64,000 nt of DNA. It comes from Nemertoderma westbladi (lineage: Eukaryota; Animalia; Xenacoelomorpha). Position numbers and translations under genes: made by a program. The notes beneath the pieces were generated by a model. That model was given only the letters and a program-made list of their open reading frames with translations. It ran no database searches and had not been told where the DNA came from. The stretch spans positions 2,112-66,111 of the forward strand of contig JAUCBJ010005335.1 in NCBI GenBank assembly GCA_032718475.1, given 5' to 3'. Positions 1 to 13,089 of this stretch are shown here, piece by piece (position 1 is the first letter of the stretch; every line of letters begins with the position of its first letter).

Positions 1-308
1 GTGATTGAATGGTGTCAGCCCTAATAAATAATGATTTAAATGCCTCTTGATTGATGTATTCCCATTGAGAATATGCCCCCCTCCCCCGTTATCTGGTGGT
101 GGTTATTAATATATGACATGCAGACATGCTACCGGTATGTGTATATATAATACTGTGTTGTGAGTCAGTAACACTGTAACGGTATACTATGTCAGGCACA
201 GGAAGTGCCGGCACCAATAGTTGTAGACCCATATCTATATATGTTTAATAATATATGTGACAATGGTGTTATGGTTCAGACCTTAATGTTATTACAAAGA
301 TAATCACA
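1..308 (+). repeat. Probable 5' LTR of Gypsy element G1 (first base likely just outside the window)
   Basis: The window starts GTGATT and this segment ends AATCACA (302-308), giving a (T)GTGATT/AATCACA terminal inverted repeat. A PBS and gag follow. There is no second LTR in the window to confirm it. Confidence 0.6.
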
Positions 309-311
309 TGA

Positions 312-322
312 TGGCGCAGTGT
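312..322 (+). promoter_or_regulatory. Primer-binding site of G1 (TGGCGCAGT..., tRNA-Ser-like)
   Basis: TGG-starting motif 3 nt after ...CACA and upstream of gag. Confidence 0.55.
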
Positions 323-578
323 GTAGGATCTGAACTGACTGAACCTGCAACTACTGAACTGCTCTAATTACCGAATTAGGCCTACCGCGATATCTGATGC
401 TGATATGCGTTTTTGTTTAGCCCTGCCCCGGTATGTCAGAACTGACTGACGTTGCAGACCTTACTGTCGGGCAGTCGGGTGAATGTTGGAATGTGTGAAT
501 AGTAAAAAGTAAAAACCTATTCACAATTTAAATTACCGGTAACTGCCGTAAATCTATCTAAAGACAGATTTGATTGCA

Positions 579-1101
579 ATGGCGGACCAGGAGTTGTTGA
601 GGCGGCTAAAAAAGAGCCACTCCGGCTTCAAGGCAAACTACACCCGTTTAGTAAATCAACTGGAAGCAATGTTCAATGATATCCATGCTGTCAGTCCAAA
701 TGATAGGCCTGCAGCCGTAATTCAAAATTTGCAACTATTGCTAGGTAAAGTTGAGGTTGCCTTCGATAAAATAGGTGATTCCATTTTGGTTTTACAGGAA
801 CACGATATCGACTGTGATACGGAGGAAGACAATTTTGATTTATGTTCCTCCAATATGATTAAATATAGGTCTGTTGTTGTAACTTTATCTAGTCAGGTAC
901 CGACACCCCCTAGCGTACCAGTAGGTAACGTCGGGCCTATTGCTACTGATCCCATACCGGGGGCAGTAGGTACCGGTAGCCAACCGACCGCCAATGCTCC
1001 ACGAGCTCCAGTAAATAAACCCCCGATTCTTGATGATGACGTCACAATTAAAAGTTTTAATCGGTGGAGGAAATCGTGGAGAAATTATGCTAAGGTGGTC
1101 C
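579..1101 (+). pseudogene. gag: G1 gag, N-terminal part
   Basis: ORF ...SFNRWRKSWRNYAKVV is cut by the BEL insertion. Removing the insert plus one TSD copy rejoins it in frame: KVV-Q-LNKQPRDEQVSAFFGYCTPLLLSKMEH. Confidence 0.85.
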
Positions 1102-2257
1102 TGTAAAAGCTTTTGCGTCATTAACCGGTTATTTTCCCTTAAAGTACTCTGTAGTTGGTTTACCAGGCATAAAAAGGCCGTGTCCTTGCTGTACTGGTGT
1201 TTTAGAGGACATAAAAGTCATTTCCTCTGTATTTGTACTTTAGAGGACATAATCCGCAATCTCGTGACGCGATAAGCTAGATACTCTTGAAAACAGTGTC
1301 GCTACCATGACGACGGCTAACAGCTGATATTGCCACGTCGACATTTCTTTGTTTCTTTGTTCTCTCGTTGTTCGGTTGACCAATCAGAGCGTTTTTTGTC
1401 TCTGTGTTGGAGGTGGATACAGAACTCAGTAGTTCAGTGTTATGTTTTTGCCCAGAGCCTAAGAACACCGGCTTTTGGCACCTCCGTGTTTCAGTCTTTA
1501 GTCTTACATTAGTAGGCTTAATTATAGAACGTATATCTGTTATCTAACCAAACGAGCTACTTACTTACTCACTCACTATCCATAAATTACTAATATTACT
1601 GCTTTTGCTGTCGGTTATTCATTATATTTGTTGATGAAATATTATATCGGAATACTGATCAATAGTCAGATACCCCACCTTCTTGATATACTAAAGGTTA
1701 GAGAGACCGGTTACAGATAAACGATTGCGACCTATGTTAAGTGGTTTGAAGTGAATCTAATGCTATTTCATATGCCCGACATAAATTATATGTTGCTCTC
1801 TTTATACGTGACCAAATTTAGTGAAGGTCGGCAGATTAGTGTGCAGTATTGTGCAGCATTGTGTATGAGTGTAACTGATAACAAAGCATCTCCTAAAGAA
1901 TGCGCCATATACGTGAATCTATAGCCTTTTCGTTGTGTCTAGTTTAAGCCATAACTCTGTTTACATATTTAGAGCGCCACGTCCTAAAAGGAACTGTTAA
2001 TATTTCCCGAAAGTGAATAATATTTGTCAGAGATTATATATTACGATCAGTCGAATAATACAGTAGGCTTACACCATCAATCATTAAGCTCCGAACTCAG
2101 TCTCCCGGGTATATCCAACGGGTGAATGATTGCGCATAGACTGGCTTCGGCTAATGTAGTGTATCAAATACTCGTCATAGGCTAAAGACTATCTATCATC
2201 CAAAAGACATTCTAATTTTGGCAGGTTAAACTGTCAAAGGTCTTAAAAGCACAAACA
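1102..2257 (+). repeat. 5' LTR of BEL copy A
   Basis: Direct repeat of 18516-19671; only two mismatches noticed by eye. Confidence 0.96.
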
Positions 2258-2268
2258 ATAACAGATAT
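2258..2268 (+). promoter_or_regulatory. Non-tRNA primer-binding site candidate ATAACAGATAT (self-priming type)
   Basis: Abuts the LTR end, lacks TGG, and is the exact reverse complement of LTR 1533-1543 (ATATCTGTTAT). Confidence 0.7.
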
Positions 2269-2602
2269 TTGGTTCTGATTGTGGTGTAGGCAATAAATAT
2301 AGTTTAATATTGTTTTTGGTAAAAACAATAACAGATATTGCTTCTGGATTGCGGTGTAAGCAATCTAGTCGAAAGTACCGGTCGACCGGAAACCTGTAGG
2401 CCTGACTGCCTGATCATCCGAACCGGTACTTCCAGCAGGTACAGCAGTATTATTCGATTTGATTATTATATGCCGGTAGGTCTTAATAATTAATCGGGGA
2501 TGCCTGGTTTTTATTGGGATTTTACTTAGGCCTATTTCTGTCAGTTTTATTTATTTGTAGGCCAGTATTGAGCAGAAGGCGTGTAAGCCTGCTCAGATTG
2601 TA

Positions 2603-3175
2603 CAGATAATTTGTAGGCTTGACTGTTGGCTAACTGTTGATTAGGTCTGAATGGATTGCAGTGCATGTAGAGTGTATGTCCGATAAAGAACGGTTAGGAA
2701 GTAGGGGCAGCCATAGCTGTAAGGTAAACCCCCATCTAAAGAATAAGTCGTACTACTGGGTTAGAACGCATACTACTTAACCATTTCGGAGTCTGCATGT
2801 CCTGTGGTTTATTTAGGCTTGATAGTAGTCTGCCATCGTTTGGTCTGTACTTTGTTTGTGTAGTCTGTACGGGTAGCGTATAATTTTATTTAGATAATTT
2901 GTAGGCTGGATAGTTGTCTGGCTGCTGTTGGGTTTGAGGAAATTTCGGTGTGTTTAAAGCATCTGTCCGATAAAGAACGGTTAGGAAGTAGGGGCAGCCA
3001 TAGCTGTAAGGTAAACCCCCATCTAAAGAATAAGTCTTACTACTGGGTTAGAACGCATACTACTTAACCATTTCGGAGTCTGCATATACCGTAGTTTGTT
3101 TAGGCTTCATAGTAGTCTGTCAGTATTTGGTCTGCATTTTGTTTGAGTAGTTTGTACGCGTAGCGTAATATTTAT
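2603..3175 (+). repeat. Tandem duplication (~288-bp unit x2) in the BEL 5' leader
   Basis: The block AGATAATTTGTAGGCT...GTCCGATAAAGAACGGTTAGGAAGTAGGGGCAGCC...GTAGCGTA occurs twice. A homologous duplication is in copy B (~57750-58320). Confidence 0.85.
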
Positions 3176-4516
3176 TATTCAGAGTTTATGCTATTATTCG
3201 CAACATTCATATCCCCAAGTTTATTCCTACAGTAATTGTGTTTGTTATACATACCGTTATAGTTAAACTAACCCCGGTACTACATCAGGGCTGCTCGGCG
3301 TAGGTAAAGACTGGTGATTTTGTGCACCGGTCACTCCAGCAGATGCCGTGGTTCTTTTAGCTGTTCAAGTATTTTTAACTACTAATTATTTGTTGTACAA
3401 GTACTTGTACCTAATTTAGGGTTTAGTGTACAGTACTTTCCGAAGGTGATTAGTGTGTAGGCAGTATATTTGTGTTGTAAAGTGGTTAATAGGCACGTTG
3501 GTTCTGGTAGACCGCGGTAATTAATCTCTAGGTAGGGACACTCCGTGATACATAACGTAGTACCTATAGCGATATGGTTATAGGTCGTCAGGCGGTGGTA
3601 TTTTCCTATCTGGACAGCGCAGTATATTTACTACTACTTATTATTTTCAAATACCGTAGTAACCTGTCCGTTGTAATAACCAGATATTCTAACCCTTTGT
3701 TAGGCTGGTTAGTAGACTTCTTGTAAAATTACCCTAAAATTCGTATTTGTGTATTTGTAATTAAATTTTTGTGTTTATTTAGAGATTGTAATCTCAACCC
3801 GAATTGTACGTAATTTGTAGTATTAAGTAACTTAGGTAAATTAGAATTATTTGTTTTAGTGTCTAACAAGTAGCACTCCACTGAGAGCGCACAGCTTATG
3901 TGTAGTGACTCCCCCAGAAATAATAACATTTATTTCAAACATTAACAAAACCCATTAAACGGGTATATATATATTATAAATCAACTCAAACGATTTATAA
4001 ATAGTAGGCCTGCCATACAACAATTAGGTCTCAATATCAGTTGGACTACTGCTTAAATAACGGCAATAAAGTAAGTTAAAGTAACCAAGTAACCCTTAAA
4101 ATTCAGAAATTCAATTATTCTAAAATAATTGACATACCGGTATTTACAATAGGCTTATTATATTTATTTCTATAAATTTTAGGTTGAAATCATACTGGTA
4201 TTCTGTAATTAATTCTAGTCTGTAATTATACTTATATATATACATTATAAGTGTAAACTGCATACCGGTATCCACGATAGGCCTATTATATATTTATATA
4301 TATTTGTGCTAAAATTACCTACCGGTATTCTGTGATAAACTAGTCTGTAATAATACTTATATATACTATAAGCATACCGGTATACTAATATATTATATAT
4401 CACGCTACACTGAGTAGCAGTATCGGTAATTAATTACTAGGCTAGCAGTTAACACTGAATTACTAGACTTGCTTAGACTGTAATATAGCAGTAGACATTC
4501 AACTGTGTAAACAAAC

Positions 4517-7500
4517 ATGTCTGATACTAAGCGGAACCTGTCAGACAGTTTATTAGATGTAACTATCTGCGACTCAGATAGAGGTGTAGAACCGTCTAGT
4601 TCTAAGTTCAGTTCACCTCCCACTGTGAGGAAGGTCATCCCTCCATTAGTATTAACAGAACCTAGGCTGGTCCAACATCGTAGGTCTATCATAGGCACTC
4701 GAGCTCAGGTTAAGCGGGACCAAGAAGCAGCGGAACAGCAACAACCCGCAAGCCAAGAACTTATTTCTGAGCGGCCCGACAGCTCCAGTAGTGAAGATAC
4801 TGTAGAGCTGACACCCGAGCGCGGAGCAAGGATGACGGATGCGGTTTATTCGGATCCCCTTCTCATCCTTCCTGCAGCCGTACTCACTAGGTTATTGATC
4901 GCGGTGGAAGAACACCAGATCGATTGGGCGAGAAGTAAGCGATCAACTAAAGATAGTTATGAGGGATACACAAGGGAATAACTGAATTCTATGGTCGAGT
5001 CGCAATGGAACTTCCCCGGACCCAGACTCCCGTTTGATTTATCAGAAGCTGCCTGGGAAGACATACACCGGATGGGAGTAGCCAAGGAAACCATCGATCC
5101 AGCTGTGTGGAAGAGGTCCGCAGCCGGATACGCACAGGGATTCTTCAGCTCTATGGAGCGAGTAAAAGAACAACTGTTTCAACAACCTCAAGGACCTCAA
5201 GAGCAGGGACAACTGCTTTATCAAGTTAGAGAAAGAATTCTGCGAATCAGGCTAATATTATCAGCCTTTGAAGAGGCTTCTAAAAGAAGACAAGACACGT
5301 CGTTGCAAGTTGCCGTAAAGACTTGGTTTCAACGGGTGAGTCGCCAGGTTCAAGGAACAGCTCAGTGGAAAGCTCAGCTGGAGGAGCGCTCAACCCATGG
5401 AGAATCAACAGACGCTACTTTTTCCCAAGTGGAAAGTGAAGCGACGGCAGAGAAACCGCATAAGAGGGATGCCATTGACATCTATCTGTCAGACTATCAG
5501 CGTTTTTTGGGAGATGAAGAGTTGAGGAGAAGGCTAGATGGACTTAGCCCTAATAGTGAAGGAGCACAGCGTGTGCTTGACGCCATCGACGTGGATAGGT
5601 TAGCAGCGAACCAAGCTAAATTCGATGAACAACTCCGCATCGCTAGAGACCAAGAAGAAAGGGTGAAGAAAAAACGCATAGAAGACAGAAAGAAAGCAGC
5701 AGTAGCAGCTGCAGAAGCCGAAAGAGAAGCGGCAGCGGCAGAGGCAGAAGCGGAAAGAAAAGCGGCAGCGGCAGAGGCAGAAGCGGAAAGGAAAGCAGCC
5801 GAAATGGAAAGAAAAGCGGCAAGAGCAGCGGCAGAAGCGGAGCGGATAGCAGCTGAAGAGATTGCCCAATTAGAATTGGAAAATATTCAGGAGAATCAAG
5901 ACTGCATAAATAAACAGTTAACAGCTAGTAATATGCAGATGATGAATCGATCTACTCCCAAAAGACAGGGATATACATCATCTGAGGAAGGCGATACCAC
6001 CGATACTGAAGGCAAAGGAAATAGATCTCACCTAAGCAGACGCAAAAGAACATTCCACCGTCAGAAATTGCCTGATTTGCCTCCAGCTGTTAGAAGGCAA
6101 CTAAATAACACCAACTTAGGTAGTACAGAACCCACAGACCAAATAATTACAATAGAGAGACTCCCTACTATAGTAGATGAGCCTGAAATAATTAGGCCTG
6201 TTCCCGAAGCCACCCTTTCGGTCGTAGAGACACCTGTACTCCCTGAACCTACCTCTCAATTCCCTTTGCACAGCACTAAGCTACCTGTGCCCAGCAGAAC
6301 AGCCCATGAGACAGTTCATGCCCTGGACTCCGAGCGAAATATTCATGATTTGTCGCCCGTTGTCCCTCGTCCGCCCGCTACAACGTTGGCGAATCCCGCT
6401 TCGGTGGTCGAATGGGTGGATGAGAGACGACGGGGGATGGATCTCCTGCTCGGACAGATGCAGGAGACCGTTCAGCAATTCAAGGGCACAGTAAGGGAAA
6501 GTAGATTAGAGTTGCAAGAAGTGCAGCAAAGTATCGCGCTAGAACGCGATAAATTAGTAAATACACAAAAGGGTATACCAACACCCCCCGTAACAATGTG
6601 TCAACCTGTTAGGTCTGAAGTATCTCATGGCAAGGTGTGGAGCCTACACGCATCTATACTGCTAGCGAAGTAGAAACTCCTATAGTGAACCCTATTAAGG
6701 GTAATTATAGACCTGTTGATAATGATATTCCCTATAGACCGGATCATAATCCGATAAATTTATATACCGATAACTCGATATTAAATAACACGATGGCCCA
6801 AGAAAGTTTTACGCGTCAAATGGCTAGAACCGAAGCCCGGCAAGCGGTAAAGGTGGGAGAGATCGTCAAGTTCAATGGAGATGAGATGAAATGGTTACCT
6901 TTTAATGAATATTACAAAGATAACATACAGAACTCTGTGCTATCTAATGGAGAGAAACTTAGATTCCTCATCGAGTGCTTGGAAGGATCTCCCAAGTTAA
7001 TGGCGTTAAAGTTTATTGGACATCCAGACGGATTAAGACAAGTTTGGGATACACTAAACATCAGGTATGGTAATAGGAATAACATAGCTGGGTATTTGTA
7101 TGCAAAGTTGGTAGCGCCCCGAAAGTTTATTAGCAGCGGAATTATAGAGTTTTCCGATGAGATTCAGGAGATCTGCAGACAATTAGATTGGCTAGGTAAG
7201 TCTCATGAGTATCAGAATGCTATGGTTATTAGAGCAGTGGCTTCTACTTTACCGAAGGGTGGAGTAGGTACACGCTGGGATAAGAAAGTGTTATATATGA
7301 TGGAACAACAACGACGAGACCCTACCATGGCTGATCTCATGTCATTCCTAGATGGAGAAGTGAAATTACAGCTCCTGAAACTGTCCAGAGAGAAGACACC
7401 GGAAAACAAGGTAAGTGAAAAACCCGTCGCTAGGAGAAAGGTAACACCAGTGTGTTATACAGATGATGGCGAAAGCCAGACTTCTCAAGGAGAAGATAGC

Positions 7501-10500
7501 GGGAAAGACACTGACAGATCTTATTACGTAAATAAAATGCCTAAAGATCAGGTAAGTAAATTCAAGTCTCGAACAAATGACAGGAGAGAACAGGTAAGAA
7601 AAACTCCTCCTACGTCTCCCAAGAGAATTCAGGTGAGAAAGCCCGAAGAAAAGACAAGTGTACACAATGTTACTCAGAGTAAGGTAAGTAACATCAAACC
7701 GAAATGTGCACTATGTGATGGGACCCATCGCTTAAATATGTGTGATGAATTTCTAAAGAAATCATTAACTGAGAGACGTGAAGTCATGTGGGACAAGCGG
7801 TTGTGTTATAATTGCCTCAGACAAGGACACCAACGGCGAACCTGTTACTCTGACACAAGATGTGCCAAGTGCGGTGCGAAACATCATATCTTGTTGCACA
7901 CTGAATTCGAGCGAAATAGTCCGAGTCAGGTAAGTGATTCCGAACTACATGTCCAATTCAGTGATGTGAACGACACTGATCAATCTGAGATGGAAGGATT
8001 CTATACAGACGAGTTCTCCGACGAAAACGAATCCTGTTACACGATAAACACCACAGTGTATCGAGCACTCATTTATGAAAAAGATACAGACATTGACCTC
8101 GCTCTAACTACTTCTGATCGACAACCATCTTGGAAAGCGCCAACTTCCAATGTAGGGATTAGAGAATTTCCTGTGGTACAGGTAAGGGTCCACGGACCAA
8201 AAAGGAGTTATGTAGTGAACGCCCTCCTTGACTCCGGTAGTACAGGAACATTCATCGACAAAGAGCTAGCCGAGGACATATTCGCTGGACAACCCAAGTT
8301 CCGAACTAAGCTAAACATGTCAGGAATTATGCAAGTTTGGAAATCCACAGTAACAGCGGATTATATGTAGGTGCGTTGTCCACCCCCCAGGACGAACTAG
8401 GAGAACATAGCATAAGGTCAGTGAAAATGGTGGCTATAAAGAACTTCGCTACTACTCAAGCAGACCTTTATAATTGGGACGAGGATGAGAGCATCCAACA
8501 TCTTAAGATACCTCGATTCCAGACAGATTATCCTGGAGTGCAAATACTCATCGGTCAAAATGCGCATGAAGCGCTCGAGACATTGGAGAAACGACCTGCT
8601 CAACCGCAACCTCTACAAGTTTATGCGGGAAGAACTAGAGTAGGTTGGTACTTTACTGGCCCTTCCCGTAGAACTCTCATGGAAAGATTACCGAAAGATC
8701 AGGTATATCAAGCGCGAGAATGGGAAGTTGAGAACAGTGAGTTCGACGATCCAACTGAGGGAACTCCATACTCCTCAGACAACGACGATATACATCAACT
8801 CTTTGATGAGGAGAATGCCATCGATCTCCTTAAGGAAAGCGAGACTTGGCAAAATCAAGTGAACTTATGTCAACTCCTTCTTCCATCCGAGCGAGACGAC
8901 TATAACGACGAGCTTAATGACGTTATTGAACGTTATAATGCCAAGACTCGGGATGAACACGCCGTGAGATTCTTTACTCAAGAGGTCGTAGAGCCCAACT
9001 CCTACGATAAGGCCCTATCGGTGGAGGAAGAAAGAGCCAAGCAGATCCAAGCGACAACTACTCGTTTTCTTAAAGATCAAGGTAGATATGAGATCGGTCT
9101 TCCTTTCCGAAAGCGAGAACCAAAGTTCATTAACAACAGACCTTTGGCAGAGAAAAGAATTGCTCAACTACATCGACGCCTTACGGCAAATTCTTCAGCT
9201 AAAGAAATGTATAAAACACAGTTGAAGAAGTTTATTAGCAAGGGATATGCGGAGCTAGTACCGGAAGAAACCCCTATAACTGAGAGAACGTATTACTTAA
9301 CTCACCATTACGTTCCCAAACCCGGTAAACCCCATGAAGTACGAGTGGTGTTTGACGGTTCCGCCCTTTATATGGGCCAATCTCTTAATTCTGAATTGTT
9401 ACCCGGACCCAACTTACTCTAATCCTTGTTGGGAATACTATTAAGATTAAGACAATACTCCATTGCTTTCGCCTCAGATATAGAAGGCATGTTCTTACAA
9501 GTCAAAGCGCTGGATAGGGATCGAGATAGCCTACGATTTTTGTGGTGGCCTGAAGGAGACCTCAATAAGAAACCGGTGGAGTACTGGATGACCATCCAAG
9601 CTTTTGGGATAATCTCGAGCCCTTCAAACGCCTGTTCCGTGGTACGCACCACTGCGGATGACAACCGAGACGCCTTCTCTAAAGAAGTGATCGACAATAT
9701 CAAACGAGACATCTACATGGACGATAATCTAAAGTCCCTTCCATCAGTCGAAGAAGCCATTGAGGTCGCTAAAGGAACGGTAGAGTGCTTAAAAAGAGGT
9801 GGATTTCGATTAACTAAATTCACTAGCAACTCCCGTGAGTTTCTGGAGTCGATCCCGGTAGAAGATCGAGGAGCAAAAGACCTAGATCTAATAAAGGATG
9901 ATCTCCCAGAAACTAAGACCCTTGGTTTGAAATGGGACACAGAAAGAGATATCCTGTTTTTCCAACTAAAACAGCGAGATAATCCAGTTCGGACTAAACG
10001 GATATGTTTGAGTATCCTGAGCACTTATTTCGATCCATTGGGATTTATTAGCCCAGTTATATTGATTGCTCGGAGTTTAGTACAACAAATGTGGCTTGAA
10101 AACCACTCATGGGACGATCCACTTAAGGGAGAATTATTAAAGAAGTGGATGAAATGGGAAGATTCTCTACCAGCCATCGAAAACTTCATAATTTCCTGTT
10201 CATATTTTGGTCATGTTCTCCCTACGTATTCATATCAACTCCATGTGTTTGGAGACGCCAGCGATATGGGAATAGGTATAGTAGCTTACCTAAGGGTGGA
10301 AACTCCGGACGGAATCAAAGTTGCCTTGGTTACCTCTAAGGCATTGATAAACAACAAGTTGAAAGTTCCTCGAGCGAAGTTAAAAGCGGCTCTATACGCT
10401 ACAGCCATCGGCCGGAATGTAACAGAACAGATCGACTATCCCCTGGAGAAAACTGTCTATTGGACCGACGCTTTACTCGTGTTGGAGTATATAACCAATG

Positions 10501-12553
10501 AAGTCTGTCAGTTCAGCGTCTTCGTTACCAACAGAGTAGCTATTATACTCAGTCGCACGACGATGGATCAATGGAGACATTGCCCCGGAACGATTAATCC
10601 AGCGGACATCGCTTCCAGGGGAGCAACTCCACAAGAACTGGTAGATACTCCAGACTGGTTAGGTGGACCCGACTTCCTCTACAAAGAAGAAGAAGAATGG
10701 CCTCCTCATCTTACTACAGCAGAAATTAGACAGGCCAAGGGAGCGGAGAAAGTCAAACCTAAAACTCAGGCGAGTAAATCGAAGTTATTCAAACCCACAG
10801 TGGATCTGTCTGTACTACATACTTCCGGAGACGACGCTTTGGATCAGAAACCCACAGCCACAAATAAACCCATTGTGGAAATCCGTGATAAGGATTGGAA
10901 ATCTGGCATACCAGACGTCTCGCAAGGACTCTCACCCCTTCTGCAGAGAGCGATACATCACTACAGTTCCTGGAATCGGCTCTGTAAGGCCGTTACATAT
11001 TTAAAGAGATGTTTTCACCATCACTACTCTGGGATGAAAACAAAGGGTGATACCGCTCCAATCACATCAGTGCAGGTCCATGTTATTAAAGACCTTCCTA
11101 AGTATAAGGTACCCGACAAGTTTCTGAAGGAGAAGATCAGTTATCAGGAGCATGAAGAAACCAACAAACAGATGCTGAGACTCTTACAATGCTATGAAGA
11201 TTCCGATAAGTATTTCCTGTTGTTGAAAAATCCACAGATGCGCTTAAGGGATCGTTTCTCTAGCACAATGATAGATGGGTTGATACGTGTTGGAGGAAGG
11301 TTAACGAATGCCCCATTATCCTTTGATACTAAGTTCCCCATACTCATTAGAAATCTTGAAATACAAGTCAAGATGATTGTAGATGTTCACAGCAAACTTT
11401 ATCATGCTGGTAGAGAACGAGTTCTTAGCGAAATTCGAACTCGCTATTATTTTTATAAACCCCGTAGAGCTCTGAACCAAGTTCTTAGGAACTGTATACC
11501 CTGTAGGAAAGCATTCAGTAGTATTATGAACCACCCTTTACTAATACCGGTATGGATTTATTTGGCCCTATTGAAGTATATCGTGCTAGGACTATAGTCA
11601 AGAGATGGTGTGTAATCTTTGTTTGTATGACTTGTAGAGCCATCCATCTCGATATGGTGAACGATTTATCTACCAACAGCTTTCTATTAAGCTTACGACG
11701 ACAGATCGCTCGCTTTGGCACTAGTAACACGATGAGATCTGATAAGGGAACCAACTTCATTGGTGCCAACAATGAAATCAAAGCTTACGTCAAAGATTGG
11801 AACCAAAGACAGGTGGACGACCAACTACGAGTAACAGCGTCTAGTTGGACCTTCAACGCCGCCGACGCCCCTTGGTGGGGAGGAAGTTGGGAGAGATTAA
11901 TAAGAAGCGTGAAGACAGCATTTCATTTTATAGTGCCTTGCCGCGCTTATCTCACCGACGAACTTTTGCGGACGTTAATGGAAGAAATCGCCGCCTATCT
12001 CAACGAGAGACCGCTTATGCCAGTCTCATCGAGTCCCGATTCCCTGGAAGCGCTAACACCCGCGCACTTCCTACTGAAGAAACCTGTAGCCATGCTCCCA
12101 CAATCGGAAATCACAGACGGAGACGAATACTGCCGACAAACTTGGCAACTCATGCAGTTGTTATCCCGTCGTTTCGCTGACCATTTCGAAAAACATTATC
12201 TGCCCACGCTACAACTTCGAACTAAGTGGTTTGCGCAGCAAGAAAACGTCAGCGCTGGAGACATGGTGCTTATTGTCGATGTGGATCTTCCACGTAAGCG
12301 GTGGCAGACAGGTCGTATAATCGAGACGCACATCTCAGATGACGGTTTGGTGCGATCGGTAGAACTCGTCGTCATGCGACGTAACTTCAAGAAACCGGGA
12401 ATTGTCTTCGAGACGCAGCAGCTCAATCGCCCGGTGGGACGTTTATGTTTACTGGAAAGAGACAGAGAACTCTCCGGAAACTATGGGAGACAAGATACTC
12501 TTCCCACGACCACCTCCCTAATCCAACAAACATCTAGGGACTCCCCAACTTAA
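4517..12553 (+). pseudogene. gag-pol: BEL copy A gag-pol polyprotein, disrupted
   Basis: BEL gag (KFNGD...KLRFLIECLEG), triple knuckle (CALCDGTH..C, CYNCLRQGH..C, CAKCGAKH..H), protease LLDSGST, RT YMDD, RNase H LHVFGDAS/WTDA/NPAD, integrase GMDLFGP/SDKGTNF/GGSWERL. Stops at 4979 and 9420; frameshifts near 6630, 8345 and 11521 relative to copy B. Confidence 0.95.
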
Positions 12554-13089
12554 CAACGGCTGGAGTGGGTGTGTGACCATATTACTTTATATTTGTATTT
12601 GTTTTATTTTTATATTTATGTATGTAGTATTATGTAATTTTATTTTAATCGTTTTATTTAATTTTATTTAGTAACATGTTATTTTAGTGATCATTTAGTA
12701 GATTAGTGCAATATATTAGTGTTTATTACGTACGTAATTACTTAAAATATATATTTAGTGCGACGGCGAGAAATAATTATTTTTCTCTTTCCTTACTGTC
12801 CGTATCATATTATAAATACGTGACTACAGTAAGATGAAATATCCGTACTTATTAAAGTACAATAAAGCCACTACTATATTCAAGTATTATTGGTAGGCAG
12901 AGTATTAGGAATGCAAAGTTCAGATCCTCGTGTCTCGGCTAAACCAAGCTCTGGGTAGACCTTGGAAACGACTTGCCTCTTCACACTGACATTGCTTCGT
13001 GCGATATTGCTCTCATACCGTATATTAAATAATACATATAGTAGCGTGATGTCCCTTTAACAGTAGCGTATAACGCAAAATAAATCTGT

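Noticed and set aside
1030-1512. Short ORFs in the BEL-A LTRs (repeated at 18474-18926)
   Set aside because: They recur only because the LTR is duplicated and are not conserved in the copy B LTR.
2270-2290. TGGTTCTG as a canonical tRNA PBS of BEL-A
   Set aside because: It lies 12 nt from the LTR end and is absent from copy B.
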